Shown here: positions 20,997 to 30,279 of the stretch, one piece after another | How the letters are laid out: every line of letters begins with the position of its first letter | Position numbering within the stretch: position 1 is the first letter of the stretch | Source: an uncultured Actinomycetota bacterium | GTDB taxonomy: Bacteria > Actinomycetota > UBA4738 > HRBIN12 | NCBI GenBank assembly: GCA_963746335.1 | Contig: CAVVAK010000006.1 | Location: 77,657 to 141,656, forward strand | DNA: 64,000 nucleotides | Direction: 5' to 3' | The notes under the pieces: generated by a model | The model's database searches: none | What the model saw: only the letters and a program-made list of their open reading frames with translations | Told to the model about the DNA's origin: nothing | Made by a program: the position numbers and the translations under genes

Positions 20997-21103
20997 GCCC
21001 GAAAGGCTAAGCGCGGTCCGCTCCGATGCAAGCACCCTCGTCGACGAGTGCACCGGTCGACATGCAGACGCCTCGGATCACGCGCCGTGTGACTCTCCCT
21101 CGG

Positions 21104-22240
21104 TCACGCGATGGTGTCGGATCCGTCGGGCGTGTCCGGGAAGTCTCCTTCCGCCGCCCAGGACGGACGCGACCCCATGATGATCACCTTCGCCCCCACG
21201 GGAACCAGGTCGTAAAGCTCCTCCACCTGCTCGTTGTGCATGCGGATGCAGCCGTGCGAGGCGTAGCGCCCGATCGAGTCCGGGGATGTCGTCCCGTGGA
21301 TCCGGATGAGACCGGGCGCGGTGATGTACAGAGCCCGCGTGCCCATCGGGTTGCCGGGCCCGCCGGGGACCACCGCCGGCATGCTCGCACCCCAGCTGTC
21401 CAACGCCGGGTTGTACCACGTGGGGTTCTCTCGCTTCTGATAGAGCGACCACTCGCCTACCGGTGTGATCCACCCGGGCTTCGCCGTCGCCACGTCCCAG
21501 CTGCGTGTCACCTCGAACCCCTCGTAGAGATCGAGGCGGTTGGTGTCGACGTGCACGACGATCGTGGGCGCCATCGTTCCTTCACTGATCTTCGCGGCCA
21601 CCGGATGCACGGACAGCCGGACGATCGAGGAGCCGCCGTCGAGCGCTTTCGACAGGAGGCGCTCGGCTCGCCGCGCGTCGAGCGCCGACCCAGCCTTGGA
21701 CTCGCGGAACGCCAGCCCTCCGTCATCGCCGATGCCGATCGATGCGTTGCGCGGCTCGACGGCCACCGTCCGTGCCGCTCGGCGAACGAACCGCTGCACG
21801 CCGCTGTGGCCCCCGAGCGAAAGTTCGATGTCGACGTCGAGCGGATCGTCCTGGAATCTCCGCCAGGCCCGTTCGACCCACGCCACGCCCTCCGACGCCC
21901 GCATCGCTGCGTCGACGGCATCGCCGACCTGGGCGCGCCGGCCGAGGTGTCGAGGGGTCGTCGTGAATCGCTTTCCTTTCACGAAGACGACGATCTCGCG
22001 ATCGAGATCCTCGCTGGCGCGAGCCTGTACCGCGTCGATCGCCTCGGCTCGAGTCATCTCCGAAACATCGACGCCGGCGATCGTGATCCCGGGAAGGATC
22101 TGCGCAGCGTTCGCCTGGTCGTAGCGGTATGCCGCGAAGGCCACCCCACCCAGGGCGAGGATGAACACGCCGGCGGCGAGTCCGACGATCAGCGGCCATC
22201 GTCTGCGGACCGCGCGCCCTGTGTGACGTCCTTTGGCCAT
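21104..22240 (-). CDS. L,D-transpeptidase family protein (YkuD catalytic domain)
   Basis: 378 aa. N-terminal TM helix and the C-terminal catalytic motif RIHGTTSPDSIGRYASHGCIRM. Confidence 0.9.
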   Translation of the reverse strand: MAKGRHTGRAVRRRWPLIVGLAAGVFILALGGVAFAAYRYDQANAAQILPGITIAGVDVSEMTRAEAIDAVQARASEDLDREIVVFVKGKRFTTTPRHLGRRAQVGDAVDAAMRASEGVAWVERAWRRFQDDPLDVDIELSLGGHSGVQRFVRRAARTVAVEPRNASIGIGDDGGLAFRESKAGSALDARRAERLLSKALDGGSSIVRLSVHPVAAKISEGTMAPTIVVHVDTNRLDLYEGFEVTRSWDVATAKPGWITPVGEWSLYQKRENPTWYNPALDSWGASMPAVVPGGPGNPMGTRALYITAPGLIRIHGTTSPDSIGRYASHGCIRMHNEQVEELYDLVPVGAKVIIMGSRPSWAAEGDFPDTPDGSDTIA

Positions 22241-22320
22241 GGGGATGAAGGTTCAGCCGGGAGATGTGTCCCGGGACGGAAATGATACGCCAAGGCGCAA
22301 CCCCTTCCGCATCTCCCTCC

Positions 22321-23706
22321 TTACGGCTCATCCGGGAGCGCCACGCCCATGCTCAGAGCGAACGCCTCGGCGTCTCCTGCCCCGCGCGAGGTGGAGGCAG
22401 CGAGGGCGACCACGGCACCCCCTTCGGTCCGGACGAGCATGGCCGCGCCGGGCGAAGACGCCCAGAGCTCTTGCGGCACGGCGGCCGCCGAGTGGGCGGG
22501 CACCTGCACGGTGACGGGGGCGGCCGCCGTGCCGCCGACCGGTGGGAGGAGCTCGACCGTGGCCACCACGGCCGCGTCGCCGTCGTTCACCACGACGGCG
22601 CCGGGCTTCGGTGAGACGCCGGACGTCGCCGGCAGGACCAGCCACGAATCAGACGCCGTCAGAGCCCCGGCGGTCGCGCCGACGTCTTCACCCGGTCCGA
22701 GTGCCCGCAGGGCGCCCGCCACCGGAACGTCCTCGAGCGTGAAGAATCGGATGGCCGCCGGCCCGGGATCCACCGGGATCGCGTACACGCCGGCCGAGGC
22801 CGGACCATGTTCCTGCTCGGTGAGCCCACCCGCCGGGCGGGGCTGCTCCTCGCTCAAGACCGTGGCACCGAACCGAAGCGGCTGCTTCGAGACGGACAGC
22901 AGGAGGAGCTCGGTCTGACCCGATCCCTGCATCAAGGGGAACGTCGCGCCCGTGGCCGGTTCGGTCCAGCCGAGAGTGCTCCGGATCTGGGCTCCCTCAC
23001 CCACACCCAACGCCGCGGCGGCGACGCGACCGACTGACACCTCGAGCACGACTGCGACCACCGGCTCCCCCTTGATCCTCGAGTTGAGATGCAACGAGAT
23101 GCTTCGGCGAGCGGGGACGACGAGGTCGGTCCACGCGGAGGCGCGGATCGGCGCCTGGTCGGCCGTGTATAGGATCACGTCCATCACGGCGGCGGCGGCG
23201 AACGGGTTGGCGACGACCACGAACGCGTCCTCACCGAGCTGCGTCGACCCGTCGGACAGGTACCAGCTCCGTGCCGCGTGCGCCGTGCACGGCTCGGCGG
23301 CCACCCCCGCCCCGGTGGAGGAGACCCATCCGGCCCCGATCCAACCACCGAAGTACTCGACATAAGTGGCCGCTCCCCGGTCCGCGGGCACCTGGTCGAC
23401 CCGCAGGGTGCTTCCCGCCGCGACTTCGTGGCTCTCCGGTGGGCTTGCTTGCTCCGAACCCAGCCGGGTGATCCTCGCCGTCACCGTCCCGGGACCGGGG
23501 TTCGCCAGGTACAACTGAACCGACAGATCGGAGGCACCGCCGTGGGGACAGAACCATGCCCCCGACGGCTTCCCGTTCCGCGTGAGCGGTGCCGGCGCGC
23601 GCGGCCCCGTCCGATCGAGCAACAGCATCGCCGTGACGAGGATCACGACCGATGCCGCTGCGAATGCGACCTGCCCTCGAGCCGGCACCTCCCGGGATCC
23701 GCTCAC
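22321..23706 (-). CDS. Secreted or membrane-anchored protein, DUF5719-like, partner of the upstream GT2
   Basis: GTG at 23706 overlaps the GT2 stop (GTGA). TM helix VAFAAASVVILVTAMLLL followed by about 430 aa of Ala/Gly/Val-rich beta-type sequence. The DUF5719 label rests on remembered synteny and was not searched. Confidence 0.6.
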   Translation of the reverse strand: MSGSREVPARGQVAFAAASVVILVTAMLLLDRTGPRAPAPLTRNGKPSGAWFCPHGGASDLSVQLYLANPGPGTVTARITRLGSEQASPPESHEVAAGSTLRVDQVPADRGAATYVEYFGGWIGAGWVSSTGAGVAAEPCTAHAARSWYLSDGSTQLGEDAFVVVANPFAAAAVMDVILYTADQAPIRASAWTDLVVPARRSISLHLNSRIKGEPVVAVVLEVSVGRVAAAALGVGEGAQIRSTLGWTEPATGATFPLMQGSGQTELLLLSVSKQPLRFGATVLSEEQPRPAGGLTEQEHGPASAGVYAIPVDPGPAAIRFFTLEDVPVAGALRALGPGEDVGATAGALTASDSWLVLPATSGVSPKPGAVVVNDGDAAVVATVELLPPVGGTAAAPVTVQVPAHSAAAVPQELWASSPGAAMLVRTEGGAVVALAASTSRGAGDAEAFALSMGVALPDEP

Positions 23707-26700
23707 CGAGCCACCGGCCTCCTCGTGGCCCAGAGGGCGGCGAGCCATAGCAACGTAAGCAGCACGACCTGGATCCGAGCCGGCAGCTGGCCACCGTGCC
23801 GGAGCTGCACCGGATCCCCGGTGGATCTGAACATGGTCGCCCATCCGAAGGCGACCTCCGGTCGAGAGGAGTGTTCCCGGCGCGCCCACTGCGCGTCGTA
23901 CTCGGTGGACAGGAAGATGGTCCCCTCCACCGCCGGCCCCTTCCATCCACCGGACACCGGTTCGAGAGGATCGGCGGGCACGGGCCGCCACATCTCGATC
24001 GTCGATGGTTCGTCCGCGGCCATGATCCCCTCGTCGGCAGAGCCCGTCGTGAGGATCGCCGCGGGGGGGATCGCCGCCGCGTTCCGATAGATGGTGAAGC
24101 CGGTCGCAGGCTGGAGATCCACATCCAACTGTGCGTCGAGCGCATCTCCTGCTGCCGTGGGCAGGACCCCTCTCTCGGCCACCACGAATCGGATCCCGAA
24201 GGGTGCGAGGAGGGCGCCACCGTGCCGCGTGGTGCCGCCGAGGATCTCTCCCAGCGCGAGCTCGAGGTGATCCGCACCGGGGCCGGAGAGCGGCCGACCG
24301 GTGTCGAGCACGCTCGCGCCGACACGATCGGTGAGCGCGTACCGGATCGTCGCATCGCCGGCCTCCAGGCGGCGCTGCGGGTCACCCGCCGGTGGCGGGA
24401 GCCCGTCGCCACGATCTCCGGTGAGCCACAGCACGCGGAACGAGCCGCGTGCCGCTCCGTTCACGACCGCCCACGCGGGCGGGATCCGCTCCTCCGGCGT
24501 ACCGACGCCCCACGTTCCCGCCATGGCGGCCAGTGACTGCAACAGGAGTCCCGCACCGAGGACGACCGCGAGCGCTCCTCCGCTGACCTGTCGGAGCCCG
24601 AAGGACTCGAAGCGGAGGGATCCGGTGAACGAGGTGAGGCCGAATCCGATCAAGCTCGCCATCGAGACGGCAGCCAGCGCGGCGTAGGCGGGGGGGTTCG
24701 CGAAGCCGAGTGGCAGGTAGCTCGCCGCGGCGAGCCACGAAAGGATGAGCCCCGCCCCTGCAGCGATAGCGGCTCGGGCAGCGGGGCCACGCAGCTCGCT
24801 GCGGACGAGGCCCAGACCCAGGGCGGCGCCGATCGGGAGGAAGGCAGCGACCGGCCACGTCCCCGGACCCGATCCGAGTGACAGCCGCGCGAGGCGAACC
24901 GGCTCGGTCGTGCCGACCAACGAGGAGAGCGCGCGCCCTCCGTCGGCGAGCAACGTCGGGACGAACGGGAAGAGGAGCACCGCCGCGCCCACCGCTCCCG
25001 CGGCGGTCAGGAGCAACCCTCGGCCCCGAACGGGTCCCGAGAGCACGCGGATCGCGATCAGGACGGCGATCGCGAGCAGGATCCCCGGGTACGACGCGGC
25101 ACCTACGGCGAACGTGACGGCGGAGCCGGCGACGAATCGCGGGCTGCCGCCGAGCGGCTCCTCCCGAGCGAAGGCGGCCTCGATCCGCTCCGCCGCCGCG
25201 GGCAACACGGCGAGAGCGATGAGCAGCCCCAGCCGGCCATCCGAGAACGCCCAGAGTGTGAGCGCGCCGAGCCCGTAGGCGCCAGCAGCGAGGACCGCAG
25301 GTCCAGGACGAACGGACAAACGGATCATCGAGCGGTACATCAGGATCGCCGCCAGAGGCGGCCCCGCGAGCAGGATCGCCTTCTGCGCGAGGTGCGGATC
25401 TCCGAGCGATGCGAAGGAGACCGCTCCCAGCGCGCCCACGACCGGACTCGGCGCGAGCGGCCCTCCGAGCGGAGTGGACCGCACGGCCGAGGCCAGTTCG
25501 GCGAACAGGTCCCCCATCCGAGCCGGGAACGCGGGGAGCGCACCGCCCACCAGCGACTCGGATCCGATCAGCTCGCGTCCCGCGACCGCGCCGACGATCA
25601 CCGCCAGGAACGAGCCGACGATCACCGGATGGGAGCCCACCAAGGATGCGGTCCGGTCACGGAGTCGTCGCTGGATCGGCTCGCCCTCGTCGGCCTGTTC
25701 GATCGCGCGCTGCTCCTCGAGGATCCGCTCGGCCGTCGCGAACCATCGTGGCGAGCGCACGCCGGCGGACTCCATGAATCGCCGCAGCGCGCGATCGCGG
25801 ACCCTTCGCGCCTTCTGCGCGTGCCGCCGCCGGGACAGGGTGCCGGGGAGATGGGCGAGGTTCCAACCCCACGCCGCCGCGATGTCGAAGGCTTCCTCGA
25901 AGCGCCGGCCGAGGGTGAGGTACACGATCCGAAGCACTCCCAGCGCGAGCGCCGCCGGCACGACCCACAGCAGAGAGAACACCGAGTAGTTCTTGAGCGT
26001 CGCCGCGATCGCCGCACGATCCTCCTCGTACCGAGGGCTGCGCCGCGCGGTCACGTCGACCGTTCTCTCGTCCTCGGTTCCTCCGCCGAGGCGCACACGG
26101 GCGAGCGGCGTCATCAAGATCCGGTAGCCGGCCACCCGTGTTCGCCAGCAGAAGTCCAGTTCGCGATGCGCGGGAGCGAGGCGTTCGTCGAACAGATCCG
26201 AGCGCTCGACGGCCTCGCGAGAGATCAACATCGCAGCCGACGACACGCACAAGACCTCGAGCACCCGATCGAACTGTCCCTGGTCGATCTCGCCGGCTTG
26301 CAGCGACGACGATGGATGACCGAATCGGTCCGACGAGCGGCCGATGTCCCGAAGCGATCGGGGATCGGCGCGGTCGACGATCTTGGCACCGACGATCCCG
26401 ACGTCCTCGACGCCGATACCCACCGCCGCCTCCACGAGACGGGCGACGGCATCTTTGTCGAGGGATGCGCGGGGATCGACGAGCAGCACGAAGTCCGCGC
26501 CCTTGGCGACCGGACGATCGAGCGCGGCGCGAACCGAACGAGCGGACCCCCGTCGCTCCTCGTTGGTCAATACCCGCCGCGAGCCGAGCGAGCCGAGCAG
26601 CATCTCTCGAGAAGCGGGGTCGGCCCCGTCATCCACCGCGAGCACGCCGACGCGGGGATACGACTGGTGCGCGAGCGACAGCAGGCATTCACGCAGCCAA

Positions 26701-26792
26701 GGCGATGCTCCCGGGCCGACCACGAGCAACGCGAGCACGCTCGGAGTAGATGTGCCGCTCGACGCGACGGCTGCGGTGGCGGGCGAGGTCAT
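23703..26792 (-). CDS. Family-2 glycosyltransferase fused to a large polytopic membrane domain (1029 aa)
   Basis: N-terminal GT2 fold (LALLVVGPGASPWLRECLLSLAHQSYPRVGVLAVDDGADPAS..., FVLLVDPRASL), then more than 12 TM helices, an extracytoplasmic C-terminal domain and a terminal TM. Confidence 0.85.
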   Translation of the reverse strand: MTSPATAAVASSGTSTPSVLALLVVGPGASPWLRECLLSLAHQSYPRVGVLAVDDGADPASREMLLGSLGSRRVLTNEERRGSARSVRAALDRPVAKGADFVLLVDPRASLDKDAVARLVEAAVGIGVEDVGIVGAKIVDRADPRSLRDIGRSSDRFGHPSSSLQAGEIDQGQFDRVLEVLCVSSAAMLISREAVERSDLFDERLAPAHRELDFCWRTRVAGYRILMTPLARVRLGGGTEDERTVDVTARRSPRYEEDRAAIAATLKNYSVFSLLWVVPAALALGVLRIVYLTLGRRFEEAFDIAAAWGWNLAHLPGTLSRRRHAQKARRVRDRALRRFMESAGVRSPRWFATAERILEEQRAIEQADEGEPIQRRLRDRTASLVGSHPVIVGSFLAVIVGAVAGRELIGSESLVGGALPAFPARMGDLFAELASAVRSTPLGGPLAPSPVVGALGAVSFASLGDPHLAQKAILLAGPPLAAILMYRSMIRLSVRPGPAVLAAGAYGLGALTLWAFSDGRLGLLIALAVLPAAAERIEAAFAREEPLGGSPRFVAGSAVTFAVGAASYPGILLAIAVLIAIRVLSGPVRGRGLLLTAAGAVGAAVLLFPFVPTLLADGGRALSSLVGTTEPVRLARLSLGSGPGTWPVAAFLPIGAALGLGLVRSELRGPAARAAIAAGAGLILSWLAAASYLPLGFANPPAYAALAAVSMASLIGFGLTSFTGSLRFESFGLRQVSGGALAVVLGAGLLLQSLAAMAGTWGVGTPEERIPPAWAVVNGAARGSFRVLWLTGDRGDGLPPPAGDPQRRLEAGDATIRYALTDRVGASVLDTGRPLSGPGADHLELALGEILGGTTRHGGALLAPFGIRFVVAERGVLPTAAGDALDAQLDVDLQPATGFTIYRNAAAIPPAAILTTGSADEGIMAADEPSTIEMWRPVPADPLEPVSGGWKGPAVEGTIFLSTEYDAQWARREHSSRPEVAFGWATMFRSTGDPVQLRHGGQLPARIQVVLLTLLWLAALWATRRPVAR

Positions 26793-26846
26793 CCGGTAGG
26801 GGCGCCTGGGCGCTGCGGGAGCCTAGCAGTGGGTGCTACCAAGATC

Positions 26847-26872
26847 GAAGGGGGGCGTCTCCGCCCCCCTTC
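26847..26872 (-). terminator. Hairpin terminator after the H1-like gene
   Basis: Perfect 11-bp stem gaaggggggcg / cgccccccttc with a 4-nt loop, 22 nt downstream of the stop at 26894. Only a weak T-tract follows. Confidence 0.6.
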
Positions 26873-26893
26873 GCGATGCGACGAACCCGGAGC

Positions 26894-27325
26894 TCAGCGC
26901 TTCTTGGCTGCGCTCTTCCTGCGGGCCGGCTTGCGAGCCGCCGACTTCTTCGCCGTGCTCTTCCTGCGGGCCGGCTTGCGAGCCGCCGACTTCTTCGCCG
27001 TGCTCTTCCTGCGGGCCGGCTTGCGAGCGGCGGTCTTCTTCCTGCGGGCCGGCTTGCGAGCGGCGGTCTTCTTCGCCGTGCTCTTCCTGCGGGCCGGCTT
27101 GCGAGCGGCGGTCTTCTTGCGCCCCGTCGTCCGCTTCCTGGTCGCCGCAGCCTTCTTGCCGGCGGTCTTCCTCCGCGCCGTCGTCCTCTTCCTCGTGGCG
27201 GCGGCCTTCTTCCCCGCGGCGGACCGCTTCGCGGTCTTCCGCTTCCGGGTCGCCGCAGCCTTCTTCGCGGCCGCGGACCGCTTCGCCGCGGGCCTCTTCC
27301 GTGCGGCTGTCTTCCGTGCTGCCAT
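26894..27325 (-). CDS. Histone-H1-like Ala/Lys/Arg repeat protein (nucleoid-associated candidate)
   Basis: 143 aa built almost only of A/K/R/T/S/P/G. It has about 5 copies of ARKPARRKSTAKKSA. Strong SD AAGGGGGA precedes the ATG at 27325. Confidence 0.8.
   Translation of the reverse strand: MAARKTAARKRPAAKRSAAAKKAAATRKRKTAKRSAAGKKAAATRKRTTARRKTAGKKAAATRKRTTGRKKTAARKPARRKSTAKKTAARKPARRKKTAARKPARRKSTAKKSAARKPARRKSTAKKSAARKPARRKSAAKKR
26912..27120. repeat. In-frame 45-bp tandem repeat (about 5 units, two of them identical)
   Basis: 26912-26956 and 26957-27001 are identical (gctcttcctgcgggccggcttgcgagccgccgacttcttcgccgt). Three further variant or truncated units run to about 27120. Confidence 0.9.
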
Positions 27326-27365
27326 CCCGTCCCCCTTTCCTTCGTGGACTACGAAGGATCCTGAC

Positions 27366-27593
27366 TTACGACGCCATCCGTTTGAGGCGCCGCCGTTCCC
27401 GTTCGCTCATCCCGCCCCACACGCCGTACCGCTCGTCGCGGCGAAGCGCGTAGTTGAGGCACTCGATCCGAACAGGACATTCCGAGCAGATCCGTTTGGC
27501 CTCCCTCGACGATCCCCCCTTCTCGGGGAAGAAGACCTCGGGGTCGTGGTCCCGACACCTCGCCCGCTCCTGCCATGGGATGTAGTGATGCAT
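27366..27593 (-). CDS. whiB: WhiB-family [4Fe-4S] transcription factor
   Basis: 75 aa. Four Cys (ARCRD...ICSECPVRIEC), the GVWGG turn and a basic C-terminal tail. Confidence 0.95.
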   Translation of the reverse strand: MHHYIPWQERARCRDHDPEVFFPEKGGSSREAKRICSECPVRIECLNYALRRDERYGVWGGMSERERRRLKRMAS

Positions 27594-27609
27594 GCACCTC
27601 TCCCCCCCA

Positions 27610-27627
27610 AATCACATACATGTGATT
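27610..27627. promoter_or_regulatory. AT-rich palindrome AATCACAT-AC-ATGTGATT in the whiB leader
   Basis: Perfect 8-bp arms lying 17 nt upstream of the whiB ATG, just 5' of the G-rich SD. The half-site GTGATTCT recurs at 27668-27675. Confidence 0.45.
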
Positions 27628-27798
27628 CTGAGGGAAGAACCGCCTCCCTGGCAAGAGGGAATTTCAGGTGATTCTCTGCCTCGACCCTCATCGGATGTAA
27701 TCGTCCCCAAGCAGACGCACGAGTGCAACCCTTTCAACGAAGAAAGTCGGTCGTCAGTCCAGATGACCATTACCGTCAGATGACCTGACCGTTCGGCG

Positions 27799-30279
27799 TC
27801 AGGACGCGGCTTTGGTCTCGATCCGATCGTACGTCGTCGTTCGCACCGCGGGTGTTCTGCCGATCGCGCGGATCGCGACGTCGAACTCTTCCGGCGTCAT
27901 GCGGATCCCCCACTCGGCACCCGCCATCCGGCTGATCGTCTCCTCCATCAACGTGCCACCGAAGTCGTTCGCTCCGGATCGAAGGATCTCCGACGACGCC
28001 TCGACGCCGAGTTTCACCCATGACACCTGCACGTTGTGGATAAGTCCGTCGAGCAGGATCCGCGCGACCGCATGGACGCGGATGCTGTCGTCGAAGGAGG
28101 GGCCGGGCCTCGCGTGACCCGCCAGATAGATCGGGGCGTTCCGGTGGATGAACGGTAGCGGCACGAACTCCGTGAATCCGCCGGTGTCCTGCTGGATCCC
28201 GGCGATCCGTCGCAGGTGGGCGACCCAGTGCGGCGGGGCGTCCACGTGCCCGAACATCATCGTGGAGGAGCTCGGGATCCCGACGTCGTGAGCCGTTCGG
28301 ACGACCTCCTCCCACGTGTCGGCGGGAAGCTTGCCCTTCGTGAGGAGCCACCGGACGTCGTCGTCCAAGATCTCGGCGGCCGTTCCGGGGATCGTCCCGA
28401 GACCATGTTCCTTGCAGGCCGTGAGGAACTCCCGGAAGGACACGCCCATCCTCGTCGCCCCGTTCAGGATCTCCATCGGGCTGAACGCGTGGACGTGGAT
28501 CCCCGGTACCCGCGCCTTCACCGCGTCCAGGAGGTCCAGATAGAAGGAGCCGGGGAGATCGGGGTGGATCCCGCCCTGCATGCACACCTCGCTCGCCCCC
28601 TCCGCCCACGCGGCCTCCGCGCGGTCAGCGACCTCGCCGAGCGTCAGGGTGTAGGCCTCGGGATCGACCTCCCGCTGTGCGAACGCGCAGAAGCGACAGC
28701 CGACGTAGCAGACGTTCGTGAAGTTGATGTTCCGGTTGATCACGTAGGTGACGACATCGCCGACGGCCTCCTGCCGGAGGCCGTCGGCGACCCCGCGCAG
28801 GGCGTCGAGATCGACGCCCTGCGCCTGGAACAGCGCCAGCGCCTGCTCGTCGGAGATGGGACGGTGCCGCTCGGCCAGACGGAGCGCTGTTCGGATCTCC
28901 GAGCTGAGGCGCTCCGGCACCACCTCTCGGGACGCCCAGGCGCGCGTCACCCCATCCTCCGCCGGGATCTCCCCGTAGACGGCGCCGGCGTCCTTGCGCA
29001 CGCCCGCCTCCGGTCCCTTCGCGAACATGAGGTCGATGGTCCGGGGCTTCCAGGTGACGTCGGGGTCCTGCCAGCCCATCGGCTCGGGCTTCACGCCCTC
29101 CACCGCGAGGCCGTCCGCGCCGAGGAGCGCCTCGACGGGGGCACGCATCTTGCCCGCGAGATACGGATCGGGACTTCCCGCGAACCGCGGGTAGATCGTC
29201 AGTCGTTCGCGCAGCGTCTTGCCGCGCGAGGCCGTCGTCGCGGCGAGCGAGTCGATCGCCGGCCACGGCCGCTCGGGGTTCACGTGGTCGGGCGTGAGCG
29301 GCGACACGCCGCCCCAATCGCTGATGCCGGCGTCGAGCAGCCGCAGCTGTTGCGTCGCGTCGGACAGGTTGGGCGGAGCCTGGACGCTCACGTGCGGCCC
29401 CAACACGACGCGCGTCGTGGCGACGGCGGCGAGGAACTCCTCCTCCTCCGGCTCGGGGGCGCTCGCCATCGCCGTTCCCGGCTTCGCGCGGAAGTTCTGG
29501 ACGATCACCTCCTGGATGTGTCCGTACCGACGGTGGAGCTCCCGGATCGCGAAGACCGAGGCGGCGCGCTCGCGTGCGTCTTCACCGATGCCCACGAGGA
29601 TGCCGGTGGTGAACGGGATCGCGAGTCGACCGGCGTCCGCGATCGTCCGCAGCCTCACGGCAGGGCGCTTGTCCGGAGAGCCGAAGTGCGGCCCACCCTT
29701 CGACGAGAGTCGGTCGGTGATCGTCTCGAGCATCAGCCCCATCGAAGCGCTCACCTGCTTCAGCCGCGCGAGCTCCTCGTAGCTCATCACTCCGGGATTG
29801 AGGTGCGGGAGGAGCCCGGTCTCCTCGATCACGCTGATGGCGGCTGCGCGCACGTACTCGAGCGTGGAGGCGTATCCACGCGCGCGCAGCCACTCGCGGG
29901 CGACCTCGTAGCGGTCCTCCGGCCGGTCGCCCAGGGTGAAGAGCGCCTCCTTGCACGCGCGAGCACGGCCGTCATGAGCGATCGAGAGCACCTCCTCCGG
30001 CGTGAGGTACGGCGCGACGAGCTTCGCCGGGGGCTTGGCGAACGTGCAGTAGTGGCAGTGATCGCGGCAGAGCATCGTGAGCGGGATGAAGACCTTGCGC
30101 GAGTACGTGATCCGATCGCCCGTGCCGAGATCGCGGAGCTGCCCGGCCACCGACTGCAAGCGCGCGAGGGCCGCACCCCTGGCCGCCATGAGTTCGGTCG
30201 CCTCGTCCTCGGACAAGGACTTGCCTTGCTCGGCGCGCGCGAGCGCCCGCCGCAGGGCATGAGTCGTCACGGCCGCCAC
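27799..30279 (-). CDS. fbiC: FO synthase (fused CofG/CofH), F420 biosynthesis
   Basis: 826 aa. Two radical-SAM clusters (CRDHCHYCTF and CYVGCRFCAF). The N-terminus ALRRALARAEQGKSLSEDEATELMAARG resembles mycobacterial FbiC. Confidence 0.95.
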   Translation of the reverse strand: MAAVTTHALRRALARAEQGKSLSEDEATELMAARGAALARLQSVAGQLRDLGTGDRITYSRKVFIPLTMLCRDHCHYCTFAKPPAKLVAPYLTPEEVLSIAHDGRARACKEALFTLGDRPEDRYEVAREWLRARGYASTLEYVRAAAISVIEETGLLPHLNPGVMSYEELARLKQVSASMGLMLETITDRLSSKGGPHFGSPDKRPAVRLRTIADAGRLAIPFTTGILVGIGEDARERAASVFAIRELHRRYGHIQEVIVQNFRAKPGTAMASAPEPEEEEFLAAVATTRVVLGPHVSVQAPPNLSDATQQLRLLDAGISDWGGVSPLTPDHVNPERPWPAIDSLAATTASRGKTLRERLTIYPRFAGSPDPYLAGKMRAPVEALLGADGLAVEGVKPEPMGWQDPDVTWKPRTIDLMFAKGPEAGVRKDAGAVYGEIPAEDGVTRAWASREVVPERLSSEIRTALRLAERHRPISDEQALALFQAQGVDLDALRGVADGLRQEAVGDVVTYVINRNINFTNVCYVGCRFCAFAQREVDPEAYTLTLGEVADRAEAAWAEGASEVCMQGGIHPDLPGSFYLDLLDAVKARVPGIHVHAFSPMEILNGATRMGVSFREFLTACKEHGLGTIPGTAAEILDDDVRWLLTKGKLPADTWEEVVRTAHDVGIPSSSTMMFGHVDAPPHWVAHLRRIAGIQQDTGGFTEFVPLPFIHRNAPIYLAGHARPGPSFDDSIRVHAVARILLDGLIHNVQVSWVKLGVEASSEILRSGANDFGGTLMEETISRMAGAEWGIRMTPEEFDVAIRAIGRTPAVRTTTYDRIETKAAS

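Noticed and set aside
22241-22320. c-di-AMP (ydaO-type) riboswitch upstream of the cell-wall enzymes (the L,D-transpeptidase here, and the SpoIID-like gene at 37388..37432).
   Set aside because: The spacers are only 80 and 45 nt, shorter than the motif, and lack its conserved blocks. The only structure is a simple 6-bp hairpin at 22256-22273.
26894-27364. Regular 45-bp (and related) repeats that could be mistaken for a CRISPR array or a non-coding satellite.
   Set aside because: The units are contiguous with no unique spacers. They are in frame and encode the ARKPARRKSTAKKSA repeats of an H1-like protein that has its own SD and terminator. The plus-strand ORFs across them (26750..27364 and 26833..27453) are mirror-image artefacts.
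27610-27627. CRP/Cmr-type binding site at whiB.
   Set aside because: The half-sites are present but in the order TCACA-N4-TGTGA, not TGTGA-N6-TCACA. It is kept only as an unassigned palindrome.
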